From positions 1 to 37,745 of the forward strand of contig JAFGND010000073.1 of NCBI GenBank assembly GCA_016927185.1: a DNA stretch of 37,745 bases, given 5' to 3'. The stretch's first letter is position 1. The number at the start of each line of letters is the position of its first letter. The position numbers and the translations under genes were made by a program. Below are positions 1-9,477 of this stretch, in pieces. The stretch comes from Candidatus Coatesbacteria bacterium. Its GTDB lineage: Bacteria; JAFGND01. The notes under the pieces are model-generated. The model did not search any database. It was not told the origin of the DNA and was given only the letters and a program-made list of their open reading frames with translations.

Positions 1-74
1 ATTTGCATATAATTATTTTCAAGGAATAATTATATAAATATCCTTATCTCTCTCCCCCCCCTCAATACCTCAGT

Positions 75-98
75 TTCTCATGCAAAGCTGCATGAGAA
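75..98. other. Perfect 10-bp hairpin upstream of the rnpB promoter (possible terminator or repeat remnant)
   Basis: TTCTCATGCA-aagc-TGCATGAGAA; flanking CCCCTC (58-63) could pair with GAGGGG (99-104); no clear U-tract. Confidence 0.4.
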
Positions 99-118
99 GA
101 GGGGTTGCAATTGGACTG

Positions 119-148
119 TTGACAAAAATAGTCATTAAATAATATAAT
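119..148 (+). promoter_or_regulatory. Consensus sigma70 promoter of rnpB
   Basis: TTGACA (119-124), 18-nt spacer, TATAAT (143-148); RNA 5' end at 155 is 7 nt downstream. Confidence 0.85.
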
Positions 149-154
149 GGTGAT

Positions 155-462
155 GCAGGAGGGAAAGACAGCTTGCAAATCCCAAAAAGGATTTGAGGAA
201 AGTCCGAACTTCACAAGGGCAAGAAGCCGGGTAATTCCCGGGCGCGTAAAGCGACGGAAAGTGCAGAAGAAAACAAACCGCTGGGAAACCAGTAAGGGTG
301 AGAAGGTGCGGTAAGAGCGCACCAGCACAATTGGTAACATTGTGGCTAGAAAACCCCTTCTGAAGCAAGGTTAAGCAGAGCCAGAATGCCCTGTTCGAAA
401 AAGCTCGGGTAAACCGCTTAGAGAAATAGCTGTTCTAGACAGAATTCGGCTTACCCTCCTGC
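155..462 (+). ncRNA. rnpB: RNase P RNA, bacterial type A, about 308 nt
   Basis: P1 GCAGGAGGG(155-163)/CCCTCCTGC(454-462); GAGGAAAGTCCGAACTTC and ACAGAATTCGGCTTA with compensatory P4 pairs; GGAAAGTGCAGAAGAAAACAAACCG; GGGTGAGAAGGTGCGGTAAGAGCGCACC. Confidence 0.97.
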
Positions 463-466
463 TTTC

Positions 467-1582
467 TTATATCTTGAATTTACTGTAAAATGCTTTACCA
501 GTTTTGCTTGATCTGTAGACAAATATAGCTAATGGACCTTCACCAGTAGAATAGTTCCTGTCTGAATTTCCGCTTGATGGATTTACCAGATATATCTTGT
601 TTTTATCAAAACTGCTAACGAATAGAGTATTGGTATCAATATCAAATGCAAGCCCCATTGGTTGAGTACATGGCTTGAGAGGATTTGAAGTACCATTTAT
701 TATTTCACCTGAATTGCTGTTAATTACATAAATTGCTCCATCCCCGCCACCCATCATGTCAGCAAGATAAATCCTGCCTGAGCCGTCATAAACAATTACA
801 CCAGGGCTTCCTCCAACATCAACTGTCTTCTCAATTGAGCCACTATTTGCAGCAACAAACAATACTTTCCCAAAATTACTTACGTAATCGCCACTGCATA
901 AGACAAATATCCTGTTATTTTCATCTGTTGCAAGGTCTGATGGATTAACAGGAGTCTCCATCTTTTTTACAAGACTGAAAGTAGATGTATCAAAAATATC
1001 CAGATATCCTTGCCCATATGAATATGTTGACATATCATATGATATGCATGACACAAAAAGCCTGTTTGCTGCCAGTGAAAGCCCCTGAGGTGTTTTATCA
1101 ACTGGGATTCTCCTTGTTATATCACCATTTTCATTGGTAACGCATACTTCGTTAGTAAGCCACATTGAAATAAAGAAATTCCCGTCTTCATCAGATATTA
1201 TATAATATGGATTTGTATTCCCTCCCAGATTTACAGTCTTGATAATTTTGTTCGCCTTCAAATCCGCTATCTGCAGGGAATTTGACAATGATGAAATTAT
1301 ATATGCTTTGTCATTATAAGCTGTCAAATCATTGGGTGCTTCACCTGTCTGCCATACTTCCTTGCTAGAAGTACCATTCTCTATATTATAAATGCTGCAG
1401 GTATTGCTCAGGCCATCGACATTTATTACCAAATTGATATTGCTGCCAGTACCTGTACCAGTACCAGTTCCCGTTCCCGTTCCGCTTCCAGTACTATTAT
1501 CAGTTGTATCATCTTCACATGAAATTGAAAACAAGACAAATAATAATGATAATATTACTGCTGTTGCCTTTAACTTAGTCAT
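467..1582 (-). CDS. YncE/BtuG-like beta-propeller lipoprotein, probable corrinoid-binding protein
   Basis: Lipobox FSIS-C21, acidic CEDDTTD, Gly-Thr linker, YVTN-type blades (TGEAPND, VDKTPQG, VGGSPG, TGEGP); directly downstream of a cobalamin riboswitch. Confidence 0.8.
   Translation of the reverse strand: MTKLKATAVILSLLFVLFSISCEDDTTDNSTGSGTGTGTGTGTGTGSNINLVINVDGLSNTCSIYNIENGTSSKEVWQTGEAPNDLTAYNDKAYIISSLSNSLQIADLKANKIIKTVNLGGNTNPYYIISDEDGNFFISMWLTNEVCVTNENGDITRRIPVDKTPQGLSLAANRLFVSCISYDMSTYSYGQGYLDIFDTSTFSLVKKMETPVNPSDLATDENNRIFVLCSGDYVSNFGKVLFVAANSGSIEKTVDVGGSPGVIVYDGSGRIYLADMMGGGDGAIYVINSNSGEIINGTSNPLKPCTQPMGLAFDIDTNTLFVSSFDKNKIYLVNPSSGNSDRNYSTGEGPLAIFVYRSSKTGKAFYSKFKI
1448..1494. repeat. 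Degenerate 6-nt tandem repeat encoding a (Gly-Thr)n tether
   Basis: gtacct/gtacca/gttccc units; translates as TGSGTGTGTGTGTGTG. Confidence 0.8.
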
Positions 1583-1656
1583 TACATTTTCCTTTCCATA
1601 ATTAGATATTACACATCAGACATAAAAAATTGAGCATCACTCCTTTCAAAGGCAAC

Positions 1657-1689
1657 AAACAAAAAACCCTGATTCGGGTGAACAGGGTT
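1657..1689 (-). terminator. Intrinsic terminator of the riboswitch expression platform
   Basis: Minus-strand AACCCTG-ttcacccgaat-CAGGGTT then TTTTGTTT; its loop is complementary to upstream TTCGGGTG (plus 1714-1721), a candidate antiterminator. Confidence 0.8.
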
Positions 1690-1741
1690 CAAAACAGGTT
1701 GCCCATTCCTTTGCACCCGAAGGAAAAAAGGTTAAACATGA

Positions 1742-1903
1742 CTTTAAAATGGCAGGTCTTCTGGCTTACAGCTACCTACTTCTCAATCCTTCCCACCTTA
1801 ATATAAGGCAGTGGTAATATTGAGTTTCGTTCTGATTACAGAAGCGGGGACTGCTCCTGATTTTCACAGGATTCCCTATTAAACTCCATGTACCAGCCTA
1901 AAG
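1742..1903 (-). promoter_or_regulatory. Cobalamin (AdoCbl-class) riboswitch
   Basis: Reverse complement has AATAGGGAATCCTGTGAAAATCAGGAGCAGTCCCCGCTTCTGTA, CCACTG...GGGAAGG and B12 box AAGCCAGAAGACCTGCC; boundaries approximate. Confidence 0.95.
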
Positions 1904-1959
1904 CAGTAACAAAGTTCATTGATAGATAGTTTCTGTCAAATATTTTTTGAGGGCTTTGA

Positions 1960-3369
1960 CTATTTTATTATTGTTATGGGAATAGTTCTTGAATAATCCT
2001 TATTTATTATCAATCTGCAATAATATATACCGTTTTTCAGGCTTGGAAAGTCTCTCTTGAAATTCCAGTTAACAAAATTCCTGCCTTGTTTCCTGATGCC
2101 ATTTTCAAGTTCTGCAATCTTTCTTCCCAAAATGTCATATATACTCAATCCAATAAATGATTTTTTCTCAAGAAAAAAGGAAATCTGCAAATAATTTGAA
2201 GCAGGATTGGGATATGTTGTTAAATGCATTTCTTTTTTTGGGGGGATTCTTGAATCATATTTAAAACCATTTTCCTCTACCTTTACAAGATAAATATCAT
2301 TTGCACCATTTCCATAAGAAGTAGTATATCCTACAGCAAATATTTCATTGCTATCACTAATCTCAAGCCAGAGACCTTTCTCCTGCATGGATCTTCCATA
2401 AGTTGCTTCCCATAGAGTGTTTCCAGCACTGTCAATCCTGGCTATGTACATGTCATTGAGACCTGCTCCACTTGATTTGGTGAATCCTGTAATCGCAAAT
2501 GTCGCATCCTGCATTTCTTTGATAGAAGTAAGTACATCTATGTCATTTCCACCCCAGGTTCTATCCCAGATCTTGTTGCCTGATTCATCTGTTTTCAAAA
2601 TATAATAATCATCTATGGATGAATTCTTGTTATTACTTCCAACAACCATGATTTTGTTGTCAGAAGTCTTGAATAAGCAGAAACCTTTCTGATCCAATTC
2701 AGCAGTATAAGTTTCCTCCCATATTACATATCCCTCGGCATCAACTTTCATTAACATTACATCATCTTCGGATGAAGAATTGTAACTCATACCACATATA
2801 ATATAACTTCTATCATCAACCTTGATTGCATTTTCAAAAAAATAGTCTTGATTATATGTTTTCTGCCATAATATATTGCCCAGGGAATCAGTTTTTATGA
2901 TATTAGGAACATTATTCAGCTGACAGAAAAGAACAAATCCATCATCATCAGTTTCAAATGCTGATTTTCCATAATTAGACTGACTGTCTCCACCAATGAA
3001 TTTTTCCCATAATCTCTGCCCTTCCATATCTGTTCTTGCCAAGACTGCTTTCTGAAAACCATTAATATATCCATAACCAGCTATTATCAATCCATCATCT
3101 TTTGTAAAATCAAATGCAGTACCATAATTCTTGATGTCACCATTGAATCTTTCCCAGATTATATTGCCTGAATAGTCTGTCTTTATAAGGTAAATATAAG
3201 AAGTTTGCTGAACATTCATATCTCTTCCACCACAGATAATAAAATTATTATCCCTGGTTTTCTTTATCATGAAACCTCTTTCACAATCTTCTCTTCCATA
3301 ATATCTCTCCCAGGAAAATAAAAGATTGAAATATGAAAAAATATACAAGAACAAGATAAAGATTCTCAT
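1960..3369 (-). CDS. Secreted beta-propeller repeat protein with T9SS type A C-terminal sorting domain
   Basis: Signal peptide; repeats IYLIKTD-x2-GN-x2-WE; CTD with YPNP...IYDILGRKI...NGIYY; SD AAGGAG. Confidence 0.85.
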   Translation of the reverse strand: MRIFILFLYIFSYFNLLFSWERYYGREDCERGFMIKKTRDNNFIICGGRDMNVQQTSYIYLIKTDYSGNIIWERFNGDIKNYGTAFDFTKDDGLIIAGYGYINGFQKAVLARTDMEGQRLWEKFIGGDSQSNYGKSAFETDDDGFVLFCQLNNVPNIIKTDSLGNILWQKTYNQDYFFENAIKVDDRSYIICGMSYNSSSEDDVMLMKVDAEGYVIWEETYTAELDQKGFCLFKTSDNKIMVVGSNNKNSSIDDYYILKTDESGNKIWDRTWGGNDIDVLTSIKEMQDATFAITGFTKSSGAGLNDMYIARIDSAGNTLWEATYGRSMQEKGLWLEISDSNEIFAVGYTTSYGNGANDIYLVKVEENGFKYDSRIPPKKEMHLTTYPNPASNYLQISFFLEKKSFIGLSIYDILGRKIAELENGIRKQGRNFVNWNFKRDFPSLKNGIYYCRLIINKDYSRTIPITIIK

Positions 3370-3387
3370 AAAACTCCTTCTATTAAT

Positions 3388-3415
3388 AGGATATTCATAA
3401 ATTGCATTTTGTCAA
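3388..3415 (-). promoter_or_regulatory. Putative sigma70 promoter of the T9SS cargo gene
   Basis: Minus-strand TTGACA (3415-3410), 16 nt, TATCCT (3393-3388). Confidence 0.5.
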
Positions 3416-3517
3416 GTGTTAACTTTTTTTACATCACTTTAACAAAAACTTGACAAAAGTAACAAAAATTTAAAGTTGGCGAAAAATTTTCTTACCCTTA
3501 GATATGGAAGGAGTTAT

Positions 3518-4726
3518 ATGTACGGAAAAATCAAACAAAATCTTACTGAAGAATTGAAAAAGATAAGAGAAGCTGGTCTATATAAAGAAGAACGTATTAT
3601 CCAGTCAAAGCAAGGAGCTGAGATTGAAGTCAATGGTAAAAAAGTCCTGAATTTCTGCATGAATAATTATCTGGGATTAGCTAATCATCCAAGAGTATTA
3701 AAAGGTGCAAAAGAAGCATTGAAACGCTGGGGATATGGAATGTCCTCTGTTCGCTTCATTTGCGGCACACAAGAACAACATAAAGAACTGGAAGCAAAGA
3801 TTTCCAGGTTCCTTGGCACTGAAGATACAATTCTTTATTCATCGTGCTTTGATGCAAATGGTGGAGTTTTTGAGCAAATACTAGATGCAGATTGTGCAAT
3901 CTTGGCTGATGCTTTAAATCATGCTTCAATAATTGATGGTGTAAGATTATGCAAAGCTAAACGTTTCATTTATTTGCATGATAATATGAATGACCTGGAA
4001 GAAAAACTCAAATCTGATGAAGTAAGAAATGCAAAATATCGTCTTATTGCAACTGACGGAGTTTTCTCTATGGACGGAGATATCGCTCAGGTAGACAAGA
4101 TCTGTGATCTTGCAGACAAGTATGATGCTCTTGTAATGGTTGATGACAGTCATGCAACAGGTTTCGTAGGATCTACTGGAAGAGGTTCTCATGAGTACAG
4201 GAAATGTATTGGAAGAGTGGATCTTATAACAACAACATTCGGCAAGGCACTTGGAGGAGCAAGTGGTGGATGCACTTCTGGCAGAAAGGAACTTGTTGAA
4301 TGGCTCAGACAGAAAAGCAGACCTTATCTCTTCTCCAATACACTGGCACCAGCAGTAGTTGGAGGAACAATAGCAGTAATGGATATGTTATCAGAAACAT
4401 CCAAACTAGTGAAAAAAGTCCAGAATAATACGAAGTACTTCAGGAAACAGATGACAAAAGCAGGATTTGCCATTAGACCTGGTACTCATCCTATTGTTCC
4501 TATCATGTTCGGTCAATATGACAATGATGCAAAGCTTGCTCAGGATTTCGCAAGGGATCTTCTGCCTGAAGGTATTTATGTTATAGCCTTCTCATTTCCA
4601 GTAGTTCCAAAAGGGCAGGCAAGAATCCGTGTTCAGATATCTGCAGCACATTCGAGAAAGGATCTTGATAAAGCAATAGAAGCTTTCACAAAGATAGGCA
4701 AGAAATATAATATATTAAAAAAGTAG
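3518..4726 (+). CDS. kbl: Glycine C-acetyltransferase (2-amino-3-ketobutyrate CoA ligase)
   Basis: [41 protein letters not shown]-Lys in [17 protein letters not shown] 3518 after SD AAGGAG (ORF track starts at TTG 3476). Confidence 0.95.
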   Translation: MYGKIKQNLTEELKKIREAGLYKEERIIQSKQGAEIEVNGKKVLNFCMNNYLGLANHPRVLKGAKEALKRWGYGMSSVRFICGTQEQHKELEAKISRFLGTEDTILYSSCFDANGGVFEQILDADCAILADALNHASIIDGVRLCKAKRFIYLHDNMNDLEEKLKSDEVRNAKYRLIATDGVFSMDGDIAQVDKICDLADKYDALVMVDDSHATGFVGSTGRGSHEYRKCIGRVDLITTTFGKALGGASGGCTSGRKELVEWLRQKSRPYLFSNTLAPAVVGGTIAVMDMLSETSKLVKKVQNNTKYFRKQMTKAGFAIRPGTHPIVPIMFGQYDNDAKLAQDFARDLLPEGIYVIAFSFPVVPKGQARIRVQISAAHSRKDLDKAIEAFTKIGKKYNILKK

Positions 4727-4758
4727 CAGACAAATAAAACAATATCGAATAACAACTT

Positions 4759-4783
4759 AGAGCGTAGAAATACGCTCTTTTTT
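4759..4783 (+). terminator. Rho-independent terminator after kbl
   Basis: AGAGCGTA-gaaa-TACGCTCT followed by a T run. Confidence 0.9.
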
Positions 4784-4848
4784 ATTTATGCTTGACATAA
4801 CAATACCATATCTCTTCCAAGCATTCACTTCAATATTAAGGAGTGGTT

Positions 4849-5694
4849 ATGCAGAACATAATAATAAACGATGTGTCTTATGAAGTTGAAGATGATGTAA
4901 ATATACTCGAAGCATGCAGGAAAGCAGACATCTTTATACCCAGCTTATGCTATCATCCATTGATAGGTTGTACGTGTAATGATGAAAGTTGCTCAACGTC
5001 AGCATTTAAGAATATAGAAGACGAGAATATAATAAAATCTGAAATAAATGCTTCAGGTTCTATTTGCTGTAATCTATGCCTGATAGATATCGAATTTGAT
5101 GGAAAGCATTATATCACAAGATCCTGCAATACAATTGCAAGAACTGGAATGATAATAAAAACAGAAACTCCAGAAGTTGTACGAAAAAGAAAGCTTGCTA
5201 TTGAAGCCTTGTGGGCAAGATGCCCTGAAGTCGAAATATTGAAAGAGCTGTCAAAAAATCTGGGAGTAGATGAAGTTCCTTTTTCGCAAGGCAATAATAA
5301 TTGCATACAATGCGGTTTATGTATTGCAGCATGCAGGGATATTGTAATGGTTGATGCATTATCTTTCTCTGGAGAAGGAATCAACAGAAAAGCAGCTTTG
5401 AAAGAGCCAATTAATTGCATAGGCTGCGGATATTGTTATACGGTCTGCCCTACTGGAGCAATTAATCCAGAAAAAATCATAATGAATAAATTCAGGAATC
5501 TTCCAGGGAATAAGAGATTATGCAGATTTGCAATTATGGAGCTCATTCCTTTTGCCTTTTGCTCTAATAGTTTCAGATGCTTTGAATGTGAAGTGGATCA
5601 GAGATACAGAATTTTTCTGCCAGTTCATCCTGTTCTTATAGCAAGAGCATCCTCTAATGAAAAAGTGGCAAAATACTTAAGAGAGAACCATTAG
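4849..5694 (+). CDS. [2Fe-2S]/2x[4Fe-4S] protein (NuoG/FdhA/Fe-hydrogenase N-terminal-like) with an extra C-terminal Cys motif
   Basis: IPSLCYHP, CCNLC, RSC; CIQCGLCIAAC; CIGCGYCYTVCP; C-terminal CRF...CSNSFRCFECEVD; SD AAGGAG before ATG 4849. Confidence 0.85.
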   Translation: MQNIIINDVSYEVEDDVNILEACRKADIFIPSLCYHPLIGCTCNDESCSTSAFKNIEDENIIKSEINASGSICCNLCLIDIEFDGKHYITRSCNTIARTGMIIKTETPEVVRKRKLAIEALWARCPEVEILKELSKNLGVDEVPFSQGNNNCIQCGLCIAACRDIVMVDALSFSGEGINRKAALKEPINCIGCGYCYTVCPTGAINPEKIIMNKFRNLPGNKRLCRFAIMELIPFAFCSNSFRCFECEVDQRYRIFLPVHPVLIARASSNEKVAKYLRENH

Positions 5695-7934
5695 TTTTTT
5701 CTTAATGCTTCTCTTACTTTGTGAGTGAAATCAACTATCCTGAAAGGTTTTTGGAGAAATCCCCTTGCCCCAATGTTTATTATCTCTACTGATTGGCTGT
5801 ATTGTGAATATCCGCTGAACAGGAGAACTCTAACATTCGGATTTATTTTCTTGAGTTCCTGAAATACCGTCTGTCCATCCATGTTTGGTAATACTATATC
5901 CAGAATGACAAGATCTATCAATTCATAATATTGTTTATATTTCTCTATTCCCTCTTCTCCAGTAGATGCTGTATGAGTCTTATATCCCATATCTTCAAGT
6001 ACATTCTGGGTAAATGTCAGTGCTATTTCATCATCATCAATAATTAGCACTGATTCATGTCCCGATGGCATATCCTCCTCAGATTTTTTTTCTTCAAATA
6101 AGAATGCCTTAGACTCTGGAAAATAAATATAGAAACTGCTTCCTTTTCCTTCCTCGCTTTTAACATCTACAAATCCTTCATATTCAATTACAATGGATTT
6201 AACCATTGACAATCCCAGGCCTGTTCCTTTGCCAGGTTCTTTTGTAGTGAAGAAAGGTTCCCAAATGTTTGTCAATATCTCTTTTTCGATTCCTTTCCCT
6301 GAGTCAGTAACTATTAATACAACATAAGGACCTGTTTTCAGATTCCTGCCTGGAGAGACATCAGGGAAACTTATGATATCTGTCTCTATAATTAATACTC
6401 CTCCAGATGGCATCGAATCCTGGGCATTTATGCAAAGATTCATTATTATCTGAATTATCTGAGATGGATCAGCTTCAATAATTGCAGCATTCATGGATCT
6501 TTTTATCTGGATAACTATATTCTTATTCAAAACCCTCTTGAGAAGCGATAAAACTTCTTCTATTATCTGATTCAAATTCAAAGGTTGGGGTTGATAAATA
6601 TGTTTCCTGCTAATGGCAAGCATCTGACCTGTTATATGACTTGCTCTCTGGGAAGCATTCTCAATTCTTTCAAGATATTGAAGCAGCTTTTTCCTCGGGA
6701 AAGGATTGGAATCTATGTTGTAACCAGGCAATTTTCCACTTACTGCTATTCTCAGCATATTAGAATATCCAAGAATTCCAGTTAGCAGATTATTGAAATC
6801 ATGAGCCAAACCGGCAGCAAGAGTTCCAACTCCCTCCATTTTCTGAACCTGCATTAAATTCTGTTCCAGGTTCTTTCTTTCAGTAATATCACGGACTATC
6901 AGGATGAAATTGTTTTGCGGTGGTACCATTTTTGCAGTTATAAGCAATACCTTCTTGTTGTTATGAGAATCTCGTGCATGAAATTCCTTTTTGTTTATAA
7001 CAAGTCCTGACGCCACTCTCGATATATAGACTGCATTCTGCTCTCTGTAATGTGCATCTGGGAATATTTTCTCGAAGAAATCTTTGCTATAGAAGTCCTC
7101 CACCTTATAACCAATTATCTCCTCAATTGCTGTATTATGCATCAAGATTCTCCCCTGTGGATTCAATATCAGTATTCCAGTCTGAATCTCTTCAATAAAG
7201 TTATGGAGAAATTCCTCTTCATCTCTCAATGCTTTATGAAGATCGGACAGGGAAGGAGGTAGAACATGCAATATTGCAATATATGCGGGATTATCAGCGA
7301 TTTTTATCCTTGTCACTGAAATCTCTATTGGTATCTCTTTTCTTTCCTTGCTGAAAATATTGATGATTTCGGAAATATGATTGACTTCTTCCCTTGAATT
7401 TTCCTTGCTCAAGAAACCAGCTCTCGGGAAAAACATTGATATCTGCTGTCCAAGTATATGATCTTTATCATAATTCAATATTTCAGAAGCTGCCTTGTTT
7501 ACGTACATTATTATATTGTCAGAATTATATAAAATGATTCCCTCTCCAGCAGATTCTGATATAGCTCTGTAACGCTCTTCAGAATCTGACAAAGTTTTCA
7601 TTGTTGATAGAAGCTTCATGTTAAGTTCATTGAATCTATTGGCAAGCAGAAGGAATTCATCATGGCTTTCTATTTCGATTTTGTGCTTGAGCTCCCCATC
7701 AAGCATTTTAGAGAACGCATTGTCAAAACTTGACAGGGGTTTTACTATTCTTGTCTTGATAAACCTCTGGACAGCAAGAAAACTGGCAATGAATGTAACG
7801 AAGAGAATTGCAAATCTCCAGATGTTTGGCAAATCAAGACTTATATCAATTAATGCGGCTCCCAGATTGAAGCAGAGAACCAGTAAAATCAGAATTCTTA
7901 TCTTGGCTGCAAGACTTGAACGAAACGATAACAT
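5691..7934 (-). CDS. Membrane hybrid sensor kinase (2 TM, HAMP, 2 PAS, HisKA, HATPase, REC)
   Basis: AHDFNNLL H-box, NLCINA, DSGKG, FFTTK, GTGLGL; REC DDD...DIVLP...QKPF; start uncertain (ATG 7934 or TTG 7973). Confidence 0.92.
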   Translation of the reverse strand: MLSFRSSLAAKIRILILLVLCFNLGAALIDISLDLPNIWRFAILFVTFIASFLAVQRFIKTRIVKPLSSFDNAFSKMLDGELKHKIEIESHDEFLLLANRFNELNMKLLSTMKTLSDSEERYRAISESAGEGIILYNSDNIIMYVNKAASEILNYDKDHILGQQISMFFPRAGFLSKENSREEVNHISEIINIFSKERKEIPIEISVTRIKIADNPAYIAILHVLPPSLSDLHKALRDEEEFLHNFIEEIQTGILILNPQGRILMHNTAIEEIIGYKVEDFYSKDFFEKIFPDAHYREQNAVYISRVASGLVINKKEFHARDSHNNKKVLLITAKMVPPQNNFILIVRDITERKNLEQNLMQVQKMEGVGTLAAGLAHDFNNLLTGILGYSNMLRIAVSGKLPGYNIDSNPFPRKKLLQYLERIENASQRASHITGQMLAISRKHIYQPQPLNLNQIIEEVLSLLKRVLNKNIVIQIKRSMNAAIIEADPSQIIQIIMNLCINAQDSMPSGGVLIIETDIISFPDVSPGRNLKTGPYVVLIVTDSGKGIEKEILTNIWEPFFTTKEPGKGTGLGLSMVKSIVIEYEGFVDVKSEEGKGSSFYIYFPESKAFLFEEKKSEEDMPSGHESVLIIDDDEIALTFTQNVLEDMGYKTHTASTGEEGIEKYKQYYELIDLVILDIVLPNMDGQTVFQELKKINPNVRVLLFSGYSQYSQSVEIINIGARGFLQKPFRIVDFTHKVREALRKN

Positions 7935-7990
7935 AATATTATACTTTGAAAAAGAGGCTTTTTTAGCAAGCAAATTTTATTACTGCCAGT

Positions 7991-9475
7991 CTATTTTTGA
8001 TTTATGAATTTCTCTACTGCTTTCAAAATGCTGTCTTCGCCAATATATAAATCATTATTAATCAATGCTGCAGGGATATCTCCTGTTTTGTTGTGCTTTC
8101 TCTCAATCTCTGCCAGATTTGCATAGTTAGATTTAACATTTATATCATAATATATTATTTCAACAGGATGAACAAGACTTAAAGGAATCAGTTTTTTTAT
8201 CAGAAAAGACTTGCATTTCTCACAATCATAAGAATAGAAAAATTCAATCAGCATGACATTCTTGTTTTTCTTGAATTTCTTGATAGCTTTGAAAAGCTTT
8301 TTGGGTAATGCATTGGTGATTTCTTCGAAGCCTACGAAATAATTATCTTCAAAATACATTGCAGGAACAATTTCCTTTTTTGCCTTAAACCTTCTGTTCA
8401 GATATTCTTTGCAGTAAAAATTTTCAGATACTGATATATCCAGAGCTTTTATCTGAAAGTCTCTGTATATTTCCTTTATTCTTTCCAGCATTCCTATAAC
8501 TGCAGCGCATTTAGGACAATCTGACTTGTAAAAGATGACAACTGGCATCAGTTTATTCCTGTCAACCGCCTTGAAAGACTTTTTTTCATAATATTCATGA
8601 ACTTTGCTTAGAAATTTTGAAATTCTTTGCTTGAAAATCCTGTCATCCTCAAATCTTGATTCAGCCTTGATTGTTCCAGCCTTTATTGAGTGGAGTTCCC
8701 GCTTTTTCTTATCCCATACTATTCTAACCCAGACTGCTTCTCCCCCACCCTCGTCAGCATTTATTATATACGATTTTCCTTCCTTGTTCAAGGTAACAGT
8801 TTCTGAAAAGCCGCTGGATTTTTTCTCTTTTTCTCCTAAAATCAACAAAGGAGCATTAATCCTGTAGGCTATCCACCTGTTTTCCGAATGATGCAATCTT
8901 GATACAAGAATAATGAAATCGCATCCTGAAAGTTCCTTAGAAATACTTCGAAAGGAATCCTTGTAGTCATCCACTTTATATTCTCTTGATTTTTTTGTTT
9001 CCCTTGATATAAGGCTGATAAAAGCAAACTCAAGATTTTTTTTCTTGAATCTCATATATGGTTTAAGCGGTAAATTATTAATCATCTTTATATTTGTAGC
9101 TATTATTGGCATCTTTGCAAATTCCTTATTAGAAAACATAGATGAACCTTTAAATAGTTCATTTTCACCAATAGCTATCACAGAATATTCAAGTGAATTA
9201 TATATGTCCAGACATAAAGTGTCTGCTTCAGGCTTGAAAACCTGGTATTCAGAAGAAATGAAATTACCTCCATCAATCAATAAAACATCTTTGTCTATCT
9301 TTTTCAATGAATCGACAATAGCTCTTCTTTTATTAAGACCTTCATATGGAAGATCGGGACATGCACATGCTCCAAATCTCGCTTCTGAATTTGCAGTGAA
9401 AGCTATTGTAAGAGTATCAAAATCCTCTTCCTGACACAAGATATTGATAAACAAGAGAAAAACAACAGATAGCAT
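7991..9475 (-). CDS. Exported UshA/5'-nucleotidase-like domain (CxC) fused to two thioredoxin-fold CxxC domains
   Basis: FTANSEARFGACACP...GLNKRR...LLIDGGNF...IGENEL...IIATNI; FYKSDCPKC...VP; FFYSYDCEKC...IP; hydrophobic N-terminus. Confidence 0.7.
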   Translation of the reverse strand: MLSVVFLLFINILCQEEDFDTLTIAFTANSEARFGACACPDLPYEGLNKRRAIVDSLKKIDKDVLLIDGGNFISSEYQVFKPEADTLCLDIYNSLEYSVIAIGENELFKGSSMFSNKEFAKMPIIATNIKMINNLPLKPYMRFKKKNLEFAFISLISRETKKSREYKVDDYKDSFRSISKELSGCDFIILVSRLHHSENRWIAYRINAPLLILGEKEKKSSGFSETVTLNKEGKSYIINADEGGGEAVWVRIVWDKKKRELHSIKAGTIKAESRFEDDRIFKQRISKFLSKVHEYYEKKSFKAVDRNKLMPVVIFYKSDCPKCAAVIGMLERIKEIYRDFQIKALDISVSENFYCKEYLNRRFKAKKEIVPAMYFEDNYFVGFEEITNALPKKLFKAIKKFKKNKNVMLIEFFYSYDCEKCKSFLIKKLIPLSLVHPVEIIYYDINVKSNYANLAEIERKHNKTGDIPAALINNDLYIGEDSILKAVEKFINQK

Positions 9476-9477
9476 CT

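Noticed and set aside
62-368. Minus-strand ORFs 62-340 and 135-368
   Set aside because: Antisense shadows of the RNase P RNA gene
1602-1648. Tiny ORF MLNFLCLMCNI after an AAAGGAG in the riboswitch leader
   Set aside because: SD-ATG spacing is only 2 nt, 11 codons, no other support
3450-3476. kbl promoter TTGACA...TAAAGT and other lone intergenic TTGACA hexamers (1934, 4792, 10555, ~27678, ~32349)
   Set aside because: Plausible -35 elements, but no convincing -10 at 16-18 nt spacing, so not listed as features
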